Positions 57,163 to 64,000 of a DNA stretch of 64,000 bases are shown one piece after another (the first letter of the stretch is position 1; the number at the start of each line of letters is the position of its first letter). The notes under the pieces were generated by a model. The model was not told where the DNA came from and searched no databases. It saw only the letters and a program-made list of their open reading frames with translations. Position numbers and translations under genes: made by a program. The DNA lies in the NCBI GenBank assembly GCA_963677485.1, contig OY781964.1, positions 384,001 to 448,000 of the forward strand. The letters are read 5' to 3'. Source of the DNA: Armatimonadota bacterium (GTDB lineage: Bacteria; Armatimonadota; HRBIN16).

Positions 57163-59589
57163 CTAGATCGCAGGTTCCGTACTGGTGTCATAAGTGTCGC
57201 GTGATTTCATTTGCGTAACCACTGAGAAGAATACCAACACAGCAATTGACACTAGGCTCATCAGCGATCCTAGCAATAGTCCTGGTGGGAAATAGGTAAA
57301 CTCAATATCGTGCATTCCCGCTGGGACCATAAGACCAACAAATCCTAGATTCAACTTTTCAATAGTTGCAGGTTGTCCATCAAGCCGTGCAGTCCAGCCC
57401 TTGTCCCATGGGACACTGAAAAACAGCATTCCTGGTTTATTCATCTCGATTTTAGCTGTGAAACCACGGCTGTTGGCAGTAAATCCTAAACAGGCATTCC
57501 GTCTCCGCGCTTGGACATCAGCCACGATTGATGAAGTGCTTGTCATCGGGTGGTTTAAATCACTAAAGGGCTTCAAATACTGGCCGAACTTGGTCTTCTG
57601 TTCATTATCAAGCAGCACCGCATGTAGTAATAGCCGGTCGGCATGTGTTCGATGTCTATTGACATCATCAAGCGTGCAATATGTATCATATGCCATGCCC
57701 ATTGGTATGTAGTGGTTGTTTAAGTACAGTATTGAGGATCTGTTCATCTTAACTGGAGTAAATCCCCAAGGCTTGTATGAAATGTGATCTGGGTCATAGT
57801 TGATATAGTACTTTACTGACAGGAGTGCCCGTAGGGCAGGCCTGTCATACGGCATTAAAAATGCTGGATAAGAAGGTTTACCACAGCCCATGATCTCTTG
57901 AAAATCGGCCATGCTGGCACTTCTGACACTGATGAATGTGTTAGGTGTGGGTAGATTCGCAAATATCCCATAGTTCCGGATCTCGTGTGGGTAGTCGATG
58001 CGCCAATGGTATTCATTCGGCACGTTCTTGATGTCAATGTGATCCAAGACACGGTCAACTACATATTTCATATCTGTGGGATGTGCCATCGGACTGACCA
58101 CATTTATGACATCGCTGTTATGGAGTTGAACAAATACCATGGCATTGATCGCAGCCGTAGCCCCAACCACGGCAAGAACAAGCCGTGGTCCCCGGCGTTT
58201 GACCAGTATAAATCCCAATGCGATGTAGTTCAAGGCACACAAAGCCCAGGCAGACACCACATAGATGGGTCCACCCATGCAGATATCTGCCGCCATCTGC
58301 GTCCGATATTTGGTAAACCAATCAAGGCCCGTAGATCGCGATAATGCATCAAGATACCCGGGGTTTAGTGCAACAAGACCAAAAGGTAAAGTAAGCAAGA
58401 TGCATGCCGCTATTGCGATGGCGTATATTTTCCACAACAGTCTGCTCTGTATATGCTCTTGTCGGTTCAATATATCCGCCGTGCCAATTGCCATTATAAA
58501 AGCAAGCATATACCACCATCGGGTATAGAACGGCACAGTAAATGCCGAAAATGATGTGTTTGCCACCGGCACTAAAGTAATGACGAAACATGCAATGATC
58601 AGCCGTTGAAGCCATGTTCTTTGCCTGGCCAAATAAGCCATCACCAAAGTGATTCCGAAAACAGGCAGATATATACCCGTTGAAGTCCAGCTAGCGGTGT
58701 TCGCATAAAACGCGTGCTTCACCAACCCTTCGGGGGGCATCAAGAAAGATCGGATGATCTCTAAATACCGCATGGGTCTGAATAACAGCCAGCCGATTAG
58801 CCGCTTATCCGCCATCTCTGCTCGCGGATTTCCCATAACGCCCATCACACTAGGAACAAGCAAAACGGCAGCCACTCCAACCCCTATGATATAGCTGACA
58901 GCGAGTGTTGTTAGTAGTCGAATACGCCTGCCAACAAAATCGCTGTTAGTAATCACGCGAAACAGTAGGTATATCGCCAGAAATATGGTCTGACCGATGA
59001 AAAAGTAGTAGTTTATCATCGCATTAATGGCTATAGCTACCGCCAAAACGACGGGGCCATTCCTTCGATTACGAACCACCATCTCAATTCCTGCGACCAA
59101 CAAAGGAAACACCGAAATCACATCCATAAAATGAAACTGCAGGTTTATGATAGTGAATCCAGAAAATGTGTATAAGATAGCAGCCAGATACGCGCCACGC
59201 TTCGGCAAGAAGAAGCTGGACGCCCAAAAACAAGCAATCGCAGATACCATGATCTTAACTAAAATGGCGACACTCATCAGGTAAGGTATCCATGGTATTG
59301 GGAAGGGAACCAGCATCCAGAAATATGGGCTGCCAAGGGTGTAGTATGAAAAGGCCGTTATGGCGTTTTCACCCAATCCAACCAGGTGGCTCCACCAAGG
59401 AGCGCCCGTTGATATCAACCGCTTACATTCTATGATGAAGGCAACCTGCTGTTGGATGTAGTCATCACCCCGGATTAGGAACATTCCGTGGTTAAGAACC
59501 ATAGTGGGCAGCATCACCAGCAGAATTATCAGTCCTGCAAATAATGATATTTTAAGATAATCAGCCATACGAATTTTGTCTGCGATCAT
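57163..59589 (-). CDS. YfhO-family membrane protein (GT-C-like glycosyltransferase)
   Basis: Many TM helices; DY..QQ, YY.LGSP, LY.FSG, NYYFF; C-terminal FSVPWDKGW.A..DG...G.H.I.F.Y.P. Confidence 0.9.
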   Translation of the reverse strand: MIADKIRMADYLKISLFAGLIILLVMLPTMVLNHGMFLIRGDDYIQQQVAFIIECKRLISTGAPWWSHLVGLGENAITAFSYYTLGSPYFWMLVPFPIPWIPYLMSVAILVKIMVSAIACFWASSFFLPKRGAYLAAILYTFSGFTIINLQFHFMDVISVFPLLVAGIEMVVRNRRNGPVVLAVAIAINAMINYYFFIGQTIFLAIYLLFRVITNSDFVGRRIRLLTTLAVSYIIGVGVAAVLLVPSVMGVMGNPRAEMADKRLIGWLLFRPMRYLEIIRSFLMPPEGLVKHAFYANTASWTSTGIYLPVFGITLVMAYLARQRTWLQRLIIACFVITLVPVANTSFSAFTVPFYTRWWYMLAFIMAIGTADILNRQEHIQSRLLWKIYAIAIAACILLTLPFGLVALNPGYLDALSRSTGLDWFTKYRTQMAADICMGGPIYVVSAWALCALNYIALGFILVKRRGPRLVLAVVGATAAINAMVFVQLHNSDVINVVSPMAHPTDMKYVVDRVLDHIDIKNVPNEYHWRIDYPHEIRNYGIFANLPTPNTFISVRSASMADFQEIMGCGKPSYPAFLMPYDRPALRALLSVKYYINYDPDHISYKPWGFTPVKMNRSSILYLNNHYIPMGMAYDTYCTLDDVNRHRTHADRLLLHAVLLDNEQKTKFGQYLKPFSDLNHPMTSTSSIVADVQARRRNACLGFTANSRGFTAKIEMNKPGMLFFSVPWDKGWTARLDGQPATIEKLNLGFVGLMVPAGMHDIEFTYFPPGLLLGSLMSLVSIAVLVFFSVVTQMKSRDTYDTSTEPAI

Positions 59590-59646
59590 ACCAACCTCAC
59601 TACATCATATCCGTACTTAAGTTGAATACATACAACAAGTCGAACG

Positions 59647-61083
59647 TTAGGGATTCACGGTCACCAAGGCGCGGTAGCTGCGGTTGTCGAAATAGGCGTT
59701 CACATAAGCGGTGCCAGGATGGTCGGCAGTAAAGACCCCGTTGGGTGTGATCCGGCCCAATCTGCTGGAGAGCGTCCATATCACATCGCCTGCCACCACT
59801 TCGGGCACATCAAAGCCCATCAGGTTGAACTCCACTTGCTGACCAACAGACAGATCCACCGATCCAGGCCACACGCTAAAATCGGCTAAAGGTTGAAGGG
59901 TGCTAGGTTTAGTATAAAGAAGAAGCCCGTTGGCGACTGCACGTGGTGATGTATCACTTGGCTGGTTTGCCAGCCGTCCCCCATACAGTGCCATCGTGGT
60001 ACTTCCGCCGCCATCAAGGTTCATCGCGTTGACAGCCCCCAGCGACTTCATATAGCTCGCCAATTCGGCCATCGTCATGCCGGTTGCACCATCGCGTCGA
60101 CCGTCCACCGTCACCATCATCAGGCGTCCAAGCGCATCTATACCAACCGCAGTACGAGGGTGCCGTTTCTCAGTGATGTCATCTTTAAAGTTCTCTTGTG
60201 CGGCATCAATGTAGACAGAACCGTCGCGTACCAGCCACGGTCCCCCGCCAACCGCCCATAGGAGCTTGTTCCAGATATCACTATCAACCGCATTGCCAGG
60301 AGAAGCAGGCGAAACGCGGACACTGTCAGCCGGTTTCATAGAAAACTGTATGGTGATTTGTTTGCCTAGGATGGCGTCATCCAGCAGAGATGCACAGCTG
60401 CCTGTGAAGGCTAATAGCCACTCCGAACCACCGATATTGTAAGGCTCCATATTGGAGACACTTTCCACAGTCAGTGTATAACTATCGGGCCGTAGAATTT
60501 GAGGTGTGTTGGTAAACCTCAACACTTTCATTGCGGATTTCCCTGACATCGTTGGCCCATAAGCGGGTGTATACAACACACATTCATTGGGTCCTGCCGG
60601 CCTGTTGATGCCGCCCAGCTTCTGCACGCGGGCATCAGGCATCGTCACGGATCCGCCCCAGCCTGGCTGGCCTATCAGCAGATGGTGGGTGTCCGTAGCG
60701 GCAATCACCGCACGGTTGTTTCCGGGTTCACTGACATAATCGCCGCCTATCACACACAGGTTCAACGGGTCGCCAGTGAAAGGGAAATAGTCTCCATTAA
60801 CGCCCGCCACGGCATTCTTCCGCATTGTCAGCGAGGATATGGTCTCGCGGCCTTTGGTTACATCATCCTGCATCACAAAATCTTTAGCCAGCGCCGCGCT
60901 GATCCGCACGGAAGGGTTGTTCACGTCTGCAGTGATGATTTGGATGACTTGTGGCTTGCCGCTCACTACCCCTTCAAAACGTTGATACTCCACTCCATCA
61001 CCCAGTTGTCGGTAAAGCGGTTGAGCAGAGCCATACGAACAAATGAGGGCGACGGCAAGCAACAGGGGGCAGAGACGCATCAT
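59647..61083 (-). CDS. Phosphodiester glycosidase (NAGPA/DUF2233) family secreted protein with Ig-like tail
   Basis: GVNGDYF, GGGP.L, HPRTAVG, VDGR, NLDGGGSTT, R.VAN. Confidence 0.9.
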   Translation of the reverse strand: MMRLCPLLLAVALICSYGSAQPLYRQLGDGVEYQRFEGVVSGKPQVIQIITADVNNPSVRISAALAKDFVMQDDVTKGRETISSLTMRKNAVAGVNGDYFPFTGDPLNLCVIGGDYVSEPGNNRAVIAATDTHHLLIGQPGWGGSVTMPDARVQKLGGINRPAGPNECVLYTPAYGPTMSGKSAMKVLRFTNTPQILRPDSYTLTVESVSNMEPYNIGGSEWLLAFTGSCASLLDDAILGKQITIQFSMKPADSVRVSPASPGNAVDSDIWNKLLWAVGGGPWLVRDGSVYIDAAQENFKDDITEKRHPRTAVGIDALGRLMMVTVDGRRDGATGMTMAELASYMKSLGAVNAMNLDGGGSTTMALYGGRLANQPSDTSPRAVANGLLLYTKPSTLQPLADFSVWPGSVDLSVGQQVEFNLMGFDVPEVVAGDVIWTLSSRLGRITPNGVFTADHPGTAYVNAYFDNRSYRALVTVNP

Positions 61084-61089
61084 ATGTAT

Positions 61090-62190
61090 TTACCTGAACA
61101 GGTCAGGCTCCATCGCAATGGGCAGCTCCACACAGGAAATGTCAAACTCTTCGATTTGCAGTTCCGGCAGGTCGAGGTCAATGCGGTCCATGGCACTGCT
61201 GGCCACCAGGCTGCGCGGGTTGATATCCAGAGCACGCTGGTACAACTGGCGCGCCTTCCCCATCTTCTTCAGACCCTCAAAACACATCCCCATAAAGCCA
61301 AGTGCAATTTCCGTGTGTTCGTTGAAGTGCCCCTCGCCACAAGCCTCTATTTGGTCAGACCACTCACTCATCTCCACGAAATTACGAGATGGCAATAACC
61401 GTCGGGCAAAAGCACCCGCAGCCTCCCATATCGCTGCGCGCGGACGGTCAAAGGTTGGGTCTGCCTCAAATGCGCTTACGTAGCAGACAACTCCAGCCCG
61501 GGGCTTTCGGAACCGGCGGGTGTAGATTTCGCCCATGAAAGTCCACTGTTCGGCTGTCAGGTTTGGAAAATCAAGTACACGGCGGATGATCAGTGCGGCA
61601 TCGTAATGAAACCGGTGATTACTCAGTGTATCCGATGAAGAGAGCATGAGATCAATATTGCTATATTCGCTTAACCGTCTGGCCAAGGCAAATATTAAGC
61701 GTTTATCAAATCGGCGCACGATAGCAGCGTCAATGTACATCAGCACAAGCCTTTGCATCAACTGATCAATATTGAAACCTTCAGCCGATTCTCGATGTCT
61801 GACAGGGTCGGTTAAGCGAATTACCGTGCTCATCCACTCTTCATAGAGCTCGCCGTTGACATGAGGCGTGAACAGTGTCTGCAATATCTTGTAGGCCGTG
61901 TCGTAGGATGCATTTTCAGGTGCATGACCTCCGGGACGGTCTTCCATGGAGTAGCTAATGCTCATCAGCTCTCCGGCCATTGTCACAAATAGGTACAATC
62001 TGTCCGAAAACCCGTTCGAAATACGCATATCCCATCGCGCGCAGTCCGAATCGATAGGTTCCCTTTCAAAGCCTGCTTCATGCAGTTTGTCCGCCGAGCA
62101 TACCTGCCCTACAAACTGCATTTGCCAGGCCACAGTATACCATTCGTCTATGGGCAACACTCGGATGAGTTGGAATTGGCTATCATGCAT
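61090..62190 (-). CDS. Hypothetical protein with C-terminal TPR-like helices
   Basis: ALGFMG.CFE...A..LYQRALDINP and A..CY..AFE.DP patterns. Confidence 0.65.
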   Translation of the reverse strand: MHDSQFQLIRVLPIDEWYTVAWQMQFVGQVCSADKLHEAGFEREPIDSDCARWDMRISNGFSDRLYLFVTMAGELMSISYSMEDRPGGHAPENASYDTAYKILQTLFTPHVNGELYEEWMSTVIRLTDPVRHRESAEGFNIDQLMQRLVLMYIDAAIVRRFDKRLIFALARRLSEYSNIDLMLSSSDTLSNHRFHYDAALIIRRVLDFPNLTAEQWTFMGEIYTRRFRKPRAGVVCYVSAFEADPTFDRPRAAIWEAAGAFARRLLPSRNFVEMSEWSDQIEACGEGHFNEHTEIALGFMGMCFEGLKKMGKARQLYQRALDINPRSLVASSAMDRIDLDLPELQIEEFDISCVELPIAMEPDLFR

Positions 62191-62372
62191 GAATTAAAAC
62201 GAATGCCTCCTCAGGCAGTTGAATTCTCAACAGATTAATTATAACGAGTGTATCTATTAGTTTACCCGGCTGTCCCTATATATGACAGCAACAGAACAGT
62301 ATAGGAACTGTGCACCATGCTGATAGACGACAGATACCTGAACAATGTTCTACTAGCTATGACAACTACGAC

Positions 62373-62400
62373 AAAAAAGGGGATGCCTTAGCATCCCCTT
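62373..62400 (-). terminator. Intrinsic terminator of the rubrerythrin gene
   Basis: AAGGGGATGC/GCATCCCCTT stem with a T-run on the minus strand. Confidence 0.8.
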
Positions 62401-62423
62401 CAAATGGAAGATACCAGGGTGTA

Positions 62424-62963
62424 TTATGCGATCTCCAGGAAATCCTTCTCCATGGCTCCGCATATACTACAGTGACCAAATCCTAACACGGGTTCTACAT
62501 TGCCGCAATATGGGCAGACATACCAGGCTTTAGGAGCCTTCATCGATTCAAGATTGGCAAGGGCTGCGGTGTATAGTTTCGCATGAACGGCTTCTGCCTT
62601 CATGGCGTATGTGAAGATTTTAGCAGCCGCACGTTCACCCAACTTCTCTGCTTGTTCCAGAAACTCGGGATACATCTCGTCAGTCTCGTAAGTTTCACCA
62701 GTGATTCCGTGCTGTAGATTTTCGGCTGTGGTGCCTACTTCGGGTGGATTAATGGTGGCGACGGGCTCTTCACCAGCCTTCCGCACCAAATCACCCTCAC
62801 GAGTAAAGTGAATCTCCTCGGCCTTGCAGGTGCTGCGGAATAGTGAAGCCGCCGCGGCATAACCTTCGGCGTCGGCCTTCTTAGCGAAGGCTGCGTAAGC
62901 AGCATTAGCGTTGGATTCGCCATTAAATGCGGCTTTCAGATTGGCTAATGTCGTGTCATTCAT
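62424..62963 (-). CDS. rbr: Rubrerythrin
   Basis: AF.GES.A, AE..H twice, GETYE..MYP, C-terminal CPYCG...CSICG. Confidence 0.9.
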   Translation of the reverse strand: MNDTTLANLKAAFNGESNANAAYAAFAKKADAEGYAAAASLFRSTCKAEEIHFTREGDLVRKAGEEPVATINPPEVGTTAENLQHGITGETYETDEMYPEFLEQAEKLGERAAAKIFTYAMKAEAVHAKLYTAALANLESMKAPKAWYVCPYCGNVEPVLGFGHCSICGAMEKDFLEIA

Positions 62964-63098
62964 AAGTAATATATCCTCCTGCCGTTCTGCTATGTGCTAG
63001 CTGCGAGAACTGCATCTTATGGAAGTATACCTTAATCCCGGCTATTTATGTGTGGATTTGGTCGCCATTTCTGTAGAATCTAACGGAGGGTCATATGG

Positions 63099-64000
63099 AT
63101 GCGTATCATTTACACCACGATGCAGTCGCCGTTCTCGAAATCTGAGCCATTCATAACCAATGAACTGCTTGAGCTGCATCGTCAAGGCCACGATTTGCGG
63201 ATATACCCTTTGACGGTACCGAATATAACCAAATTCCCCATTCATCCAGATTTACAGCCATCAACCGTCGTGAAGCCCTACTGGCATCCCGCAATTCTGC
63301 TCACCGCAGCCAGGTTATTTTCTACTAGCCATCAAGCTCGGAAAATCGTGACGCTGATATTGTCATCAAGTAAGACGGTCCCTGTACTACTACGAAACAT
63401 CACTGTTATTCCGAAGGCCTTGTGGTTGTCAGAACAAGCCACCAGGTGGAAAGCAGATCACATCCATGCTCACTGGATCAACATGAGTGCCACCACCGCC
63501 ATGGTCGCCAGTGAGTTAAGTGGTATTCCCTTTAGCATCACCGCTCACAGGGGTGATATTGCGGACAACAACCTGCTGCAGATGAAAGCTGAGAAAGCGG
63601 CTTTCGTGCGTTTCATTGCCGACTTCAGCATGACAATGTATCGGGATAGGACGCAGAACCTAGAATCAGGCAAAGAAAACTTGGTGCGCCTGAACATGGG
63701 AGTATCTGTGCCAGAACAGATCGAACCATTCACCCCCATAACCCAGTTACGCATCTCCTGTCCTGCGAACTTCATACACATCAAAAACCAAAAAGTTCTC
63801 ATCGAAGCCGCGCGACTGCTCCAACAACAAGGGATAGCGGTTTCGCTGTTGTTAGCAGGCGACGGCCCTACCAGATCGGCTTGCATGAGGCTATGCCAGG
63901 ATTACCACCTAAATGCCGAATTCCCTGGTGTGATGCCTAACCAAAAAATACTGGATCTATATCGCGAGCGTAAAATAGACGTTGTGGTGCTCCCCTCCTC
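63099..64000 (+). CDS. GT4 glycosyltransferase (WcaL-like), runs off the right edge
   Basis: Not in the ORF track; manual translation from ATG 63099 (GGAGG upstream): MRIIYTTMQSPFSKSEPFITNELLEL...DHIHAHW...GIPFSITAHRGDI...AGDGP...VVLPS. Confidence 0.88.
   Translation, partial: MRIIYTTMQSPFSKSEPFITNELLELHRQGHDLRIYPLTVPNITKFPIHPDLQPSTVVKPYWHPAILLTAARLFSTSHQARKIVTLILSSSKTVPVLLRNITVIPKALWLSEQATRWKADHIHAHWINMSATTAMVASELSGIPFSITAHRGDIADNNLLQMKAEKAAFVRFIADFSMTMYRDRTQNLESGKENLVRLNMGVSVPEQIEPFTPITQLRISCPANFIHIKNQKVLIEAARLLQQQGIAVSLLLAGDGPTRSACMRLCQDYHLNAEFPGVMPNQKILDLYRERKIDVVVLPS

Overview
Bacterial chromosomal window of about 45 genes, rich in carbohydrate functions. Secreted glycosidases plus a C-terminal dockerin-like remnant suggest an Armatimonadota- or PVC-like anaerobe (inference only). 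Left to right: a partial RCC1-repeat gene; a PocR-AraC regulator divergent from a URO-D/MtaA-thioredoxin fusion and a CobW GTPase; two tandem DUF4139 paralogues; a small coupled two-gene cassette resembling a toxin-antitoxin pair; a sugar isomerase; a SAM methyltransferase behind a probable leader-peptide attenuator; GH42; a large glycosidase-like gene split by one in-frame TAG; DAHP synthase; three tandem GH29 fucosidases; a sugar ABC transporter; and a three-gene operon encoding a hydrazine-synthase alpha-like protein (with carbohydrate-binding and LRR domains), a beta/gamma-like propeller-diheme fusion and a chorismatase/Rid-like protein. That operon is the strongest candidate for an undescribed system. 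Then fumC, three hybrid histidine kinases, housekeeping and envelope genes, and a partial GT4. At least four families of short palindromic intergenic repeats occur, including three copies of a ~170 bp nested inverted-repeat element. No rRNA, tRNA, CRISPR array, integrase or transposase was seen. Family assignments come from motif recognition by eye, not database searches.
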